Shown here one piece after another: positions 1-10,319 of a DNA stretch of 64,000 bases. The notes beneath the pieces were generated by a model. That model made no database searches, had not been told where the DNA came from, and saw only the letters and a list, made by a program, of their open reading frames with translations. The translations under genes and the position numbers were made by a program. Each line of letters opens with the position of its first letter. Positions within the stretch are counted from its first letter, which is position 1. Source of the DNA: a bacterium (lineage in GTDB: Bacteria > UBA8248); the NCBI GenBank assembly GCA_965200245.1, contig CBDATS010000005.1:448001-512000 (forward strand), read 5' to 3'.

Positions 1-655
1 CGTAGGTGATGGGTGCCTCGCAGCCTCCGGCCACCATCACGTCGGCCTTCGCGTCTCGGATCAAACGCACCGACTCGCCAATCGCCTGCGCTCCTGCCGC
101 GCAAGCCGAGCAGATGGAGACCATTGGCCCCCGGCAGTCGAAATCAATGGCGACGACCGAGGTCGCCACATCGGATTTTCTTCTGAAAAACATCATCAGA
201 TCATAGCCGCCGCGGCTCTTGAGTCCCTCAATGTCCCATCCGCCTTGCAAGAGGTCGCCGTTTGCGGGTTTCCAGTAGGGGAAAATGCGGAGCAACTCTT
301 CGACATCGGGATGATCGCCGTGAGAACCAAGCGCGACGCCGATTCGATTTCTATCAGAAACCTCATTGAGCCGCGCCTTGCGCGCCGCCTGGGATACGGC
401 CACGCGCATCATCCGCACGCCGCGCGTGGAGAATTTGTCGAGTCTGCGCCCTGCACCGTTTTCCTGCGAGGCGACCCACTCGTCCTTTACCTCGCCTGCG
501 ATTCGGCAGGGCAGTTTTTCAGGATTGAAACTGCGGATCTCATTGATTCCGGAGTGGCCCTCGCGCGCGGCATCAAACGTGGAAGCGACATCCCCGCCCA
601 GAGGCGTCAGCGCTCCGTATCCGGTAATCACGACCCGTCTGCCGTTACCGGCCAT
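1..655 (-). CDS. Beta-ketoacyl-ACP synthase II (FabF-like), N-terminal part; runs off the window edge
   Basis: Manual translation from ATG at 655: MAGNGRRVVITGYGALTPLGG...HSGINEIRSFN...IAGEVKD...MVSICSACAAGAQAIGESVRLIRDAKADVMVAGGCEA. Catalytic Cys in the SACAAG motif. Not in the ORF track. Confidence 0.92.
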   Translation of the reverse strand, partial: MAGNGRRVVITGYGALTPLGGDVASTFDAAREGHSGINEIRSFNPEKLPCRIAGEVKDEWVASQENGAGRRLDKFSTRGVRMMRVAVSQAARKARLNEVSDRNRIGVALGSHGDHPDVEELLRIFPYWKPANGDLLQGGWDIEGLKSRGGYDLMMFFRRKSDVATSVVAIDFDCRGPMVSICSACAAGAQAIGESVRLIRDAKADVMVAGGCEAPITY

Positions 656-697
656 CCACGCGTTCTCCCGGCAAGAAGGATGGAATGAGGCAGGCCC

Positions 698-1261
698 TCA
701 GGAGGAGAAGAGGCTCTTTTCCTCCTGGAGCCGATTCAGCCAGTTCTGTACCACCTCATCCCCGCTAGGCAAGGAGGCGGGCTCGTTCGTCTGCGCACAT
801 ACAATTCGCGTTCCATTCTCGACTTTCCAGTCAGAACCCGCCGGGCTTTTCTCTGGCAAGAAGTTCAGCACGTCGCGCACCGCGCCCGCCAGCGTCTTCG
901 GCGTGACGAGGGCAGGCAGTTCATCCACGGGAGTTCCGGGCACAAGAGCATCGGCTGCCTCGCTCAAGCGCAGTTTCAGGACTTCGACTCCCGTTTCCGT
1001 CACCTCGCTTTCATCGTTGATCGCCACGCCCTCACCAAACATCTCCTCCACGTGCTCCAGGACGAAATTGCGCGCCATCTTGATGCCGAACACCTGTTCG
1101 AGGCGAAAGTTCACGTCCAGGAAATCGAGCGACAAAACGCCCAAGTCATCCACCAGAGAGCTGTCCGGCTCAATGGTCTCCAGATCGACGCCTGTGGTTT
1201 GAGAAATAGCCTTTTTCACTTCTTCCAGAATCGTATCGTCCGATATCAGGTTTTGCGACAT
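698..1261 (-). CDS. Extended acyl carrier protein (187 aa)
   Basis: DDLGVLSLDFLDVNFRLEQVFGIK phosphopantetheine-Ser motif, with an internal insertion and C-terminal extension. Confidence 0.88.
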   Translation of the reverse strand: MSQNLISDDTILEEVKKAISQTTGVDLETIEPDSSLVDDLGVLSLDFLDVNFRLEQVFGIKMARNFVLEHVEEMFGEGVAINDESEVTETGVEVLKLRLSEAADALVPGTPVDELPALVTPKTLAGAVRDVLNFLPEKSPAGSDWKVENGTRIVCAQTNEPASLPSGDEVVQNWLNRLQEEKSLFSS

Positions 1262-1396
1262 GGGTGTCCTCTTTCACGATCAAGCGCGCGGTCTATCCTC
1301 GTATTGGACGCGCACGAATTTGCCGATGCTTTCAAGCGTATAGAACCAAGGAAGGAAACGAAAATCAACCGCGCCTGAAGAATCTCCCCTGTTCCG

Positions 1397-2173
1397 TTAC
1401 CCCGGAGAACGATTCAGCCGGTTGCTGAGACCTCGGTCGACCACCAGGGTCTGTCCCCGTATGGAAGCCGCCCCCGCGCCTGCGAGAAAATAGACCGACT
1501 CGGCCACTTCTTCTGGCGTCACGAAAAAACGCTCGGGCAACGAATCCAACTCAGGTTGAACCAGGCGCAGCGTCTTGAACGAATCGGTTTTCACCAGTCC
1601 TGCGCAGACGGCGTTTACCGATACGCCCTTCTCCTCGAAACTCTCCGCCCAGTGCCTGACCGCCGCCTCCATGGCCGCCTTCATCGGCCCCAGCGGGTAG
1701 TCGGGATGATAGAAGCGACTCCCCAGACTCGATATGAACACGACGGAGCCGCCCCGTTGCGAGAGCAGCGGAAGCGCTCCCTGCAGGCAGAAGACATTGC
1801 CCAGAAAATTCGTTTCCACCAGAAGTCTGAGATCACGCTCCAGGAGCTTCTCCCAGGACTTGAAGGGCGCGCGCGCCGCGTTCAAGACGAGCGCGTCGAT
1901 CCGTCCGAACTGTTCCTGCACACGGGTGAACATGGCCTTGACGGCGTCTCTTTTCGAAATGTCCGCCGGAATGACAACCGCCCGCCCTCCGGCGGCACCT
2001 ATTTCGCGGCAAAGCTCCTCCACCATTTGCGCGGAACGGCCCTTGCCGTCCCTGTGGTTCAGGACCAGATGCGCGCCTTCACGCGCGAAGCGCCTCGCAA
2101 TGGCCGCGCCGATCCCGCGGGAGGCGCCCGTCACCACGACCACTTTATCTTTCGTTTCCACAGGTTTGGGCAT
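1397..2173 (-). CDS. SDR oxidoreductase, FabL-like enoyl-ACP reductase
   Basis: TGASRGIG, LNAA, ISSLGS, YxxxxxxK (YPLGPMK), GQTLVVDRG; upstream of ACP and KAS. Confidence 0.8.
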   Translation of the reverse strand: MPKPVETKDKVVVVTGASRGIGAAIARRFAREGAHLVLNHRDGKGRSAQMVEELCREIGAAGGRAVVIPADISKRDAVKAMFTRVQEQFGRIDALVLNAARAPFKSWEKLLERDLRLLVETNFLGNVFCLQGALPLLSQRGGSVVFISSLGSRFYHPDYPLGPMKAAMEAAVRHWAESFEEKGVSVNAVCAGLVKTDSFKTLRLVQPELDSLPERFFVTPEEVAESVYFLAGAGAASIRGQTLVVDRGLSNRLNRSPG

Positions 2174-2424
2174 GTTTCTGGTTCATCCCTCAGTCTGTAC
2201 CACCTGACCCGCGCCTTTGCCCCCAAAAGCAAATTCAATCACAGCTTCCCACCGCAAGGGACTACAGGCTCTAAAGCTGAGAATTTATATCCCACGGACG
2301 TGGCGTCATCAAACACCGCATGAGAAACCTCGAAATCAAGGATTGAATCCCCATCCGAGACCTCTTAGAATAGTTCTCTTTCTTTTCGACTCAAACTCAT
2401 CAAGCGGTCAGGGGGACAAATTCA

Positions 2425-3312
2425 ATGGAAAATCTGGAGATCAAGGAAACGCCGCAGCTCAGAGACCCCGCTCTGCTCATGGCTTTCGCCGGCTGGAACG
2501 ACGCCAGTAGTGCCGCCACGACCGCCGCCAGTTTCATCACCGAAAAGATGGGGGGATCGGAGTTCGCCCGAATCGACTCGGATCCGTTCTACAATTTTCA
2601 GGATATGCGACCCCACGTGAGTCTTGATGAGAACAGTCGCCGCAAGATTACATGGCCCTCGAATACGTTCTATGCGTGCAAGACGCCGGATCTCGAACAC
2701 GACGTGGTGGTATTCCTGGGAGTGGAGCCTCACCTGCAATGGGGAAGATTCTCGAAAATCATCTTGTCCATGGTGCGCGAATGCAAAGTGCGGATGGCGG
2801 TGACAGTGGGCGCCCTGCTCGCCGACGTCTATCACCGCAACAGGGTACGGATCACCGGCACTTCCACGAACCCCGATCTGGCCTCACAACTGGGCCTCAA
2901 GGCCTCACGTTATGAGGGCCCCACAGGGATTGTCGGCGTGCTGAACAATCTGTTCCGCGACGAAAACCTGCCCGCTGTCAGCGTATGGGCGAACGTACCG
3001 CACTACGTCAATGTGACGCCCAACCCGAAAGCGGCACTTGCCCTGGTGGAGCGGCTTAGCGACTTGCTCTCCTATCCCTTGAACCTCTCCGAACTCGAGG
3101 CAGGCGCGCACGAATTCGAGGATAAGGTCGACGAGGCACTCCAGAAAAACAAGTCGGTGAGAGACTACGTAGAGCAGCTAAAGCTCAGAAACGACGGTTT
3201 CGATGAGGAAATCCAGCCGGGCGAACTTCCCTCGGGAGACGAATTGGCCAGGGAACTGGAGCGCTTCCTGAGAAACCGGGGCACCGATGGAGGCGACCCT
3301 GAGAAGGAATAG
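2425..3312 (+). CDS. PAC2 family (proteasome assembly chaperone-like) protein
   Basis: AFAGWNDA, EPHLQW, YEGPTGIVG, WANVPHY, PNPKA and ELERFLR motifs. Confidence 0.9.
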   Translation: MENLEIKETPQLRDPALLMAFAGWNDASSAATTAASFITEKMGGSEFARIDSDPFYNFQDMRPHVSLDENSRRKITWPSNTFYACKTPDLEHDVVVFLGVEPHLQWGRFSKIILSMVRECKVRMAVTVGALLADVYHRNRVRITGTSTNPDLASQLGLKASRYEGPTGIVGVLNNLFRDENLPAVSVWANVPHYVNVTPNPKAALALVERLSDLLSYPLNLSELEAGAHEFEDKVDEALQKNKSVRDYVEQLKLRNDGFDEEIQPGELPSGDELARELERFLRNRGTDGGDPEKE

Positions 3313-3402
3313 CCGAAACCATATCCCTGCGCGGGCGATAACCTGCAGCAGCCATGATGGTTGTGGGGACGCGTCGGTTCCGACTCTGATCTTCGGGTGC
3401 GC

Positions 3403-3996
3403 CTAAACCGGCCTCCAACGATTCAGGACGGCCTCCTTTACCAGATTTCTCAGGCCCGATGCGTCCACCGGCCTGGAGAAGCAATGCGCCGCGCCCAGGT
3501 CGAGAATGCGCCTACGCTCCTCTCCACCGCCGCCATCTATCACCACGACACACGTTTCGGTGCCGGTTTCGCCCTGTTTAATCTGGCGGCACACCTCGTA
3601 ACCATCCACGCTCGCGTGATTCAGGTCGAGTATCACCACGTCGGGATTCGAGGCAGAATACAACACACCCGCCCGGAAGCCGTCGTGCGCCACCTCGATT
3701 TCATAACCCGGCTCTTCCGAGGAGAGCACCTCTTTGATGGTATCGGCGTGCCCCTGATCTCCGTTCACGATGAGCACCCGGGGGTTTACACCCTTTCCCG
3801 GAAAAGGATGGGGAATGCCGCGTGATTCCAGAAATGATAGAAGGGCCTCTTTTTTCACCCTCCTGTGCCCTCCGGGCGTCCGGTATGCTCGCAGCCAGCC
3901 CTTGTCTATCCAGTTTTGAATCGTGACCGGCGTGACGTCGCATATTTTGGCAACCTCAAACGTTGTGAACACCTTCTTGCTAAACAATTCATCCAC
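3403..3996 (-). CDS. Excisionase-type HTH plus receiver-domain response regulator
   Basis: FTTFEVAKIC..V...TIQNWIDKGWLRAYRTPGGHRR HTH; REC domain with DVVILDL. Start chosen at GTG 3996. Confidence 0.85.
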   Translation of the reverse strand: MDELFSKKVFTTFEVAKICDVTPVTIQNWIDKGWLRAYRTPGGHRRVKKEALLSFLESRGIPHPFPGKGVNPRVLIVNGDQGHADTIKEVLSSEEPGYEIEVAHDGFRAGVLYSASNPDVVILDLNHASVDGYEVCRQIKQGETGTETCVVVIDGGGGEERRRILDLGAAHCFSRPVDASGLRNLVKEAVLNRWRPV

Positions 3997-4254
3997 ACTA
4001 GACACAACCCGCCCCCATATGTGGCTACGGTGAAGACTTACATTCGGTTTTGCATGAGTATTACTATGAAATACTTTCGGAATATGTCGCACATTGCGCT
4101 TCGCATTTCAACCGGGTCAAGCGGCAAGGGCACTGGCTGGCTCATAGGTTCGCGGGCGTTGAATTTGAAGGGTCACGCTATATATTCTGAACCCTGTCGC
4201 CTGTAAAAGTGGTTTTGGGGAACATGGAGAAATGACTACCAGGGATGAGCGAAA

Positions 4255-4704
4255 ATGAGAGCTGTCGTACAGCGCGTGAGCGAAGCGAGCGTCCGGGTGG
4301 GTTCCGGGGTCGCTGGAGATATCCGGGTCGGACTACTCGTGCTCCTGAGCGTAGGGCGTGAGTATGATGAGAAAGACACCGATTTCCTCGCTGAAAAAAT
4401 CGTACATTTAAGGATATTCCCGGATGAAACGCAGAGAATGAACCTCTCGCTTCTCGACGCAGGCGGTGAGATGCTCGTCGTCAGCCAGTTCACCTTACAT
4501 GGCGATTGCCGAAAGGGAAGACGTCCCGCCTTCACTGCCGCCGCCCCGCCAGAGCGGGCGGAGCCTCTCTATGAGCGATTCGTCGCGCAGGTCGAAAAGC
4601 TGGGCGTTCGCGTCGCGACAGGCCGCTTCGGCAAGATGATGGAGGTAGCGCTCGTGAACGACGGCCCCGTCACCTTGCTGCTTGATTCCAGGGGTACTTT
4701 CTAG
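4255..4704 (+). CDS. dtd: D-aminoacyl-tRNA deacylase
   Basis: [17 protein letters not shown] and NDGPVT motifs. Confidence 0.97.
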   Translation: MRAVVQRVSEASVRVGSGVAGDIRVGLLVLLSVGREYDEKDTDFLAEKIVHLRIFPDETQRMNLSLLDAGGEMLVVSQFTLHGDCRKGRRPAFTAAAPPERAEPLYERFVAQVEKLGVRVATGRFGKMMEVALVNDGPVTLLLDSRGTF

Positions 4705-5621
4705 TGGCTCTCAAGGCGAAAGACGTGCCCTTGCTCAAGAAGAGGCTCGACGCACTCGCCCGCACCTATCACGACGCCTATCTCGCCACCGACCCGCTCG
4801 GGGTCGTCCACGCCTACCGTGGCGCGCAGGACCGCGAGGTCGCGGCGTTTCTGAGTGCAACACTCGCCTTCGGCAACGCCGCCGCGATACGGATAAGCGT
4901 AAAGCGCATCATGGAGCGCATAGGCCCAGAGCCCGCCACCGTACTGCGTCGCATCCAGCCTGAGGAGAGTGTCCGCATTTTCGAAGGCCTTTACCACCGT
5001 TGGGTGGGGCCCGAAGCCATCGGACTCTTCACATATATCATCGGCGCTGTGCTCAGGAAAGAAGGGTCACTCGAAACCTTGTTCCTGAAAGGCTATCGCG
5101 CGGATGAAGAAACACTACAGGAAGCACTCAAGAGATTCAGAGAGCGTTTGCTGGACTATCTACCCACGCCCCCTGCGAACGCGCGGATTGAGCGCGGAAT
5201 AAGCTATCTGCTTCCCGATCCCGATAACGGAAGCGCGTGCAAGCGCCTCCACCTGTTCCTCAGATGGATGGTGCGACCAGCCGACGGGTTGGACCTGGGT
5301 TTGTGGAAAGGGCCTAAAACGCGCCAGCTCATTATACCGCTCGACACTCACATCGCGCGCATCGGACGTCTTCTGGGACTCACCGACAGGAAGACGCCCG
5401 ACCTCAAGATGGCGCTCGAGATCACCAGAAACCTGAGGCGCATCGACCCCGACGACCCGGTGCGTTACGATTTCGCCATCTCAAGGATGGGTATCCTGAA
5501 ACATTGCCCGAGCACGCGAAACATCGCGCTTTGCGCCGGCTGCCTCCTGCAGGACTCTTGCCGCTACTGGCGGCGTCTGCCGAGAAGAAGAAAAAACGCA
5601 GCGTTGCAGGCGATCGCATGA
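4704..5621 (+). CDS. TIGR02757 family (HhH-like) protein
   Basis: SACKRLHLFLRWMVR, DLGLW, PLDTHI, DPVRYDFA; C-terminal Cys cluster. Confidence 0.9.
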   Translation: MALKAKDVPLLKKRLDALARTYHDAYLATDPLGVVHAYRGAQDREVAAFLSATLAFGNAAAIRISVKRIMERIGPEPATVLRRIQPEESVRIFEGLYHRWVGPEAIGLFTYIIGAVLRKEGSLETLFLKGYRADEETLQEALKRFRERLLDYLPTPPANARIERGISYLLPDPDNGSACKRLHLFLRWMVRPADGLDLGLWKGPKTRQLIIPLDTHIARIGRLLGLTDRKTPDLKMALEITRNLRRIDPDDPVRYDFAISRMGILKHCPSTRNIALCAGCLLQDSCRYWRRLPRRRKNAALQAIA

Positions 5622-5661
5622 GCAGCAAGCGCGGTTGCCGCCGCATGGACCCTGAGATACC

Positions 5662-6600
5662 TTGCCACCAATACCGATTCGGGAGATTCATCTCGTGGCG
5701 ACAAACATAGAGCGCATCGCACTGACCGCGTGGGCGGGAGCACAAAAAAATCCGCTTGACTTCGCCGGACTTACCGCCTGGCTGAGGGATAGAGGATTCG
5801 AGGTGCAACTCGATCTCGATACGGCCCGGATGGCGGGCGAGCCAACAGGCGCAGCGCGAGAAGAGGTCGTCAAGCAAGCCGATCTGGTCATTGTCTTTGG
5901 TGGCGACGGCTCCATGCTGCGCACTGCGCACAACATCGGCGAGGAATCTCCGCTGTTGTTGGGCATCAACACCGGGCATCTGGGTTTTCTGGCGGATGTG
6001 CCTCAGGCCGAACTCTATCCGGCACTGGAGCGGATACTCGTCAACAAGGAGTTTTCTATCGAATCGCGGATGCGGCTCGGCGCCTCGGTGAACAAAAACG
6101 GAGGCGCACCGCCTGAACTTTCCAATTCACTCAACGACATCGTGCTCACCACCGGCCCCCTGGCCCGCATGGTTGAATACGAAGTGCAGATGGAAGGCCG
6201 CCACCTGGGCTATTTCCGGGCAGACGGTCTCATCGTCGCTACGCCAACGGGCTCCACGGCCTATTCACTCTCTGCAGGCGGACCGCTCGTACTGCCCGAT
6301 CTGAACGTGATCCTCATCAACCCGATATGCCCGCACACGCTCAGCAACCGGCCCATCGTCGTTCCCGCCGAGGCAGTGCTCGAAATCACCATCTTCCCGG
6401 ATACCGAAGCAGAGGGGCGAGAGGTCCTTCTCACGCTCGACGGCTTCCCCGGATGCGAACTCGAAGCGGGCGATTCCGTGAGAATCTTGAAAAGCCGGAC
6501 GCCGGTGCGAATCATCCGGCCCAAGGGGGTGGATTTCTTTCAAACGCTCAGAGAGAAGCTCTCGTGGGAGACGCATCCGCGTGGTGGACGGAAAACCTGA
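5662..6600 (+). CDS. nadK: NAD(+) kinase
   Basis: GGDGS, GHLGFL, ND, DGLIVATPTGSTAYSLSAGGP. Confidence 0.95.
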   Translation: MPPIPIREIHLVATNIERIALTAWAGAQKNPLDFAGLTAWLRDRGFEVQLDLDTARMAGEPTGAAREEVVKQADLVIVFGGDGSMLRTAHNIGEESPLLLGINTGHLGFLADVPQAELYPALERILVNKEFSIESRMRLGASVNKNGGAPPELSNSLNDIVLTTGPLARMVEYEVQMEGRHLGYFRADGLIVATPTGSTAYSLSAGGPLVLPDLNVILINPICPHTLSNRPIVVPAEAVLEITIFPDTEAEGREVLLTLDGFPGCELEAGDSVRILKSRTPVRIIRPKGVDFFQTLREKLSWETHPRGGRKT

Positions 6601-6607
6601 GAAACCG

Positions 6608-8141
6608 ATGCTTCGACTTCTCAGGATCACGAACTTCGCCATCATCGACGACCTGGAAATCGCCTTCGGCCCGGGCCTGAATGTCCTGACGGGAGAGACG
6701 GGTGCGGGAAAATCCATCATTTTCGGCGCCTTGAACCTCGCTCTTGGCTCGCGCGCGGGGGGAGACCTCGTTCGCGCAGGCGCGAGGGAGGCGATCATCG
6801 AATCGCTCTTCGAGATACCCGACACCGAAGGCGGCCTCGCAGCCTGCACCCTGCTCGAAGAGGCGGGCGTGGAGGTCGAAGAGGACGGCGAACTCATCGT
6901 GCGCCGCAGAGTCGCTGAAACGGGCAGAAACCGCATCTATCTGAACGGAGTGCTCGCCACGGCGTCCCTGCTCTCTCAAGTGGGCGAGCGCCTCGTCAAC
7001 ATTCACGGCCAGCACGCACAACAAAGCCTCCTGCGCCCGGCCTCTCACCTGGGACTTCTGGACAATTTCGCAGGGACGAACGGGGAGCGAGAGACGCTCG
7101 GAGAACTCGTGCGCGATTTGAAGACCGCCGAGGAAACGTTAAGCGCACACCGTGAAGGCGTGCGCGAGCGCGCCCAGAGAGCAGATCTCCTCCGCTTTCA
7201 GGTTCAGGAACTGGAAAAGGCCACACTGCGCGCTGGCGAACTCGCGGAAATCGAGGCCGAGCTGCCGAGGCTCAGAAACGCGGGCCGCCTGATGGAAGGC
7301 GCCGCCTCGCTGTATCAGCGGCTCTACGAGGCGGAAGGGTCGGTGGTAGAAAAGACGGGCGAAATTCAGCGTGAGTTGGAGGGCATGGCCACTCTGGATG
7401 AATCGCTGGGTCTCATCCTGGAGGAAGCCGCGTCCGCACAGGCCCAACTCGCAAACCTCGCCGACTCGCTTCGCGATTACACGGAAAGAATCGAACACGA
7501 TCCGGAGCGTCTCGAAGCTCTGGAAGCGAGACGCGCGGTGATACGCGAGATGACCAAAAAATACGGCGACGAGGAGGCGGAATGCCTTGATTTTCTGGAA
7601 AAGTGCCGAAGCAGCCTCACCTCGATTTCGGATGAAGAAGGAAACGAGGCGCGCTACGTGGACACACGCGACGCGCTCAGAACCGACCTCGCAAATTCTG
7701 CCCTCGCACTCTCGGAGAAAAGAACAAGCGCCGCCCAAAATCTAGATGCGCGCATGGAAGAAACGCTGGCCGAACTGGGCCTTGCGGGCGCAAGGTTCGA
7801 GACGCTCATCACGCACTGGGAAGATCCTGAAAGCTTCATCCACATCGGCGGGCGGACGGTGGCCGTTCACTCAAACGGGGTCGACCGCGCACAGTTTCAC
7901 TTCTCGCCCAATCCCGGCGAGCCATCAGGTACTCGTCGTCACCCATCTGCCCCAGGTCGCAAGTCTCGGCGACCGCCACTTCCGAGTGAAAAAACACGTT
8001 GCAGGAGATCGCACGCAGACGCGCGTCGAACTTCTCGGCGATGCCGAACGCGTGGAGGAGATCGCCCGCATGGGAACGGGGATCGAAATCACCGACGCCG
8101 CCCGTGAACACGCGCGTGAGATGCTTGAAAAGGCAGAGTAG
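6608..8141 (+). pseudogene. recN: DNA repair protein RecN with internal deletion and frameshift
   Basis: Walker A TGETGAGKS and IHGQH are present. After FSPNPGEP (about 7923) the sequence jumps, in another frame, to HQVLVVTHLPQVAS...RVEEIARM. The SGGE signature and Walker B are missing. Confidence 0.88.
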
Positions 8142-8209
8142 CCTCTGCGTCTTCCCTGGCAAGCACCCTTCTGTTTAGTTTGCAATCACTCCCCCTTGAG
8201 GGGAAGTAG

Positions 8210-8640
8210 CAGAAGCCAAGTGGTTTGTGCGAAGTCTGATGCATGGGGGGTGAATTTCGACTGAGGAGGGAGGAATGCTTCCAAGCGATGAACAAGAAAC
8301 ATATATTGGCGACCTTGAGAAGAACAGGCACAGGGACAAAAAACAAAAGCCAGGTGGTGGAGCGAAGGGCAATGTTTCTGTCCTCGGCATGAAAGAACGA
8401 GAAGGACGTGTCAAGGCCATTGGCATCGAAGATGGCGAAGGCGAAACTCTCCAGAAATTCGTTTGCGAGAACATCATCCCCGGAACTACTCTCTTCACCG
8501 ATGAGAATCACGGATATGTTCATCTTGATGATGAATACGGGGCGAATACAAGCATGAGTCCGTGAAACATTCGGCAGGGAGTTCATGAAAGGCATAGCCA
8601 ATACGAACGGAGTCGAGGGTGTCTGTGCAGATTTTTGCAC
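8210..8640 (+). mobile_element. Degenerate IS1595-family (ISXO2-like) transposase remnant
   Basis: ETYIG...KGNVSVLGMKEREGRVKA...ENIIPGTTLFTDENHGY, then shifted frame SVKHSAGEF...NTNGVEG. Confidence 0.8.
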
Positions 8641-8694
8641 ATAAATCCCAAATTGTTGCTATGAACTTTTAGCCAAAGACTAAGACGAAACCTC

Positions 8695-9903
8695 TCAGGC
8701 TGGAATTTCATCGCGCGCCGAGAGTGTCGTGACGCCAAGGGAACCCAATGCGTTCGAATACCTGAGGCCCGAGCCCGTGTTCATCAAGACAACGCGCTCA
8801 TCGGGGCGGACGACGCCATCTTTCAGCGCGCGCTTCAAACCCGCAAGTGTCGTGGCTACTTCAGGACACGCCAGAATCCCATCGTAACGAGCCAGGTCCG
8901 AAACGGCCGAGATCGCCCCCTCCTTCCCAATAGCGAAGGCTGCGCCGTTCGTCACGCGAATCAGCCGCAAGACGTGAACGCCTCCGGCGGGGCTAGGCGA
9001 TTTCAGGCCGCCGGGAATGATATCTATCTCTACCCAGGCCTCCACGTGCTCCTCTCCGCGCTCGAAGGCACGGACGATGGGCGCGCATCCTTCGTACTGG
9101 GTCACCACAAGCCTGGGGTCCGGGCCTTCCGCCCAACCCATCTCGCGGAGTTCCGATATCGCCTTGTAGATCGCCACTACCCCCAACCCCCCGCCTGTGG
9201 GATAGAAAATGACATCAGGCAGCCGCCAGCCCAACTGCTCGCAGATTTCCAGACCCATCGTCCTTTTCCCTTCAACGCGGTAGGGTTCGCGCATCGTGTT
9301 CACGTAGTGCCACCCGTGCGCGTGTGCAGCTTCGAACACCATGCGGCCCGATTCGGCCCAGGGACCCCTGAGTTCGAAGGTACGCGCGCCGAACAGGGCA
9401 CACTGGCGCACTGCGCCAGACGGAGCGTCACTGGGCAGAAGCACAGTGCAGGTCACGCCTCCGCGCGCCGTATAGGAGGCCCATGCCACACCCGCATTGC
9501 CCGAACTGTTCAGTGCCACGTGCACAGCCCCTAACTCGCGCACCCGGCTTAACGCCACGCTAGCGCCGCGATCCTTGAATGTACCGGTAGGGTTCACACC
9601 CTCGTTTTTTACCCACAGCGCGTCCAGGTCAAGCGCGCGAGCGAGTCGTTCTGCGCGGTGTAACGGTGTCCAGCCCTCATTCTGCGTGACGGCGTTTTCA
9701 GGCTCCCCAACCGGCAGGAAAGGCGCATAGCGCCATAGCGTCGGCGGGCCTGCGCTTATTTGTTCTCGCGTCACGTCTCTCTTGATTCGCACCATGTCGT
9801 AGCACGCAAACAAACACCCACCGCAGGAGCAGACGTTCACGAGCGTGTCCGCCCCGTGCGTCCTTCCGCAATCCGTGCATATCAAGTGGGACAGGTAGGA
9901 CAT
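8695..9903 (-). CDS. thrC: Threonine synthase-like PLP enzyme
   Basis: KNEGVNPTGTFKDRG, SSGNAG, YPTGGG, NTGSG. Confidence 0.85.
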   Translation of the reverse strand: MSYLSHLICTDCGRTHGADTLVNVCSCGGCLFACYDMVRIKRDVTREQISAGPPTLWRYAPFLPVGEPENAVTQNEGWTPLHRAERLARALDLDALWVKNEGVNPTGTFKDRGASVALSRVRELGAVHVALNSSGNAGVAWASYTARGGVTCTVLLPSDAPSGAVRQCALFGARTFELRGPWAESGRMVFEAAHAHGWHYVNTMREPYRVEGKRTMGLEICEQLGWRLPDVIFYPTGGGLGVVAIYKAISELREMGWAEGPDPRLVVTQYEGCAPIVRAFERGEEHVEAWVEIDIIPGGLKSPSPAGGVHVLRLIRVTNGAAFAIGKEGAISAVSDLARYDGILACPEVATTLAGLKRALKDGVVRPDERVVLMNTGSGLRYSNALGSLGVTTLSARDEIPA

Positions 9904-9993
9904 GGCGTTCTCAAGTGATTTCCGTCATTCCGACAAATACTGGAATCCAGGGCAGATAAACTTCCTGACCGATGATTTCAGGATTCCCAAGTG

Positions 9994-10233
9994 TCAGGTC
10001 TCAATCAACTTCAACTGGGTGCCGAACTTCACACCAGCGATATCGCAGGCTATTCTGATATATTGTCGCACCTGAACCGTGGAGATGTTAGTTCCTAGCC
10101 ACCATCCATTCCCGAGATCCTTAGAAAATTTTTCAACTAAATCACGCCTACCGGGGTAAAGTTCATTTTGATCTTGCGCCACCAATTTGCGCGTTCGTGC
10201 CCGAGCCACAACTTCATCAGCGAAGCGCACCAT
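9994..10233 (-). CDS. Small hypothetical protein, probably a C-terminal gene fragment
   Basis: 79-aa ORF of lower GC between thrC and acs; no secure family. Confidence 0.35.
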   Translation of the reverse strand: MVRFADEVVARARTRKLVAQDQNELYPGRRDLVEKFSKDLGNGWWLGTNISTVQVRQYIRIACDIAGVKFGTQLKLIET

Positions 10234-10319
10234 GAATCCAGGATTATGACGACCAAACTCGCAAACAATTTCCTCATCTATACCTACGCAAACCCTCCCT
10301 CCCCGGTCGGGTTTGACCC

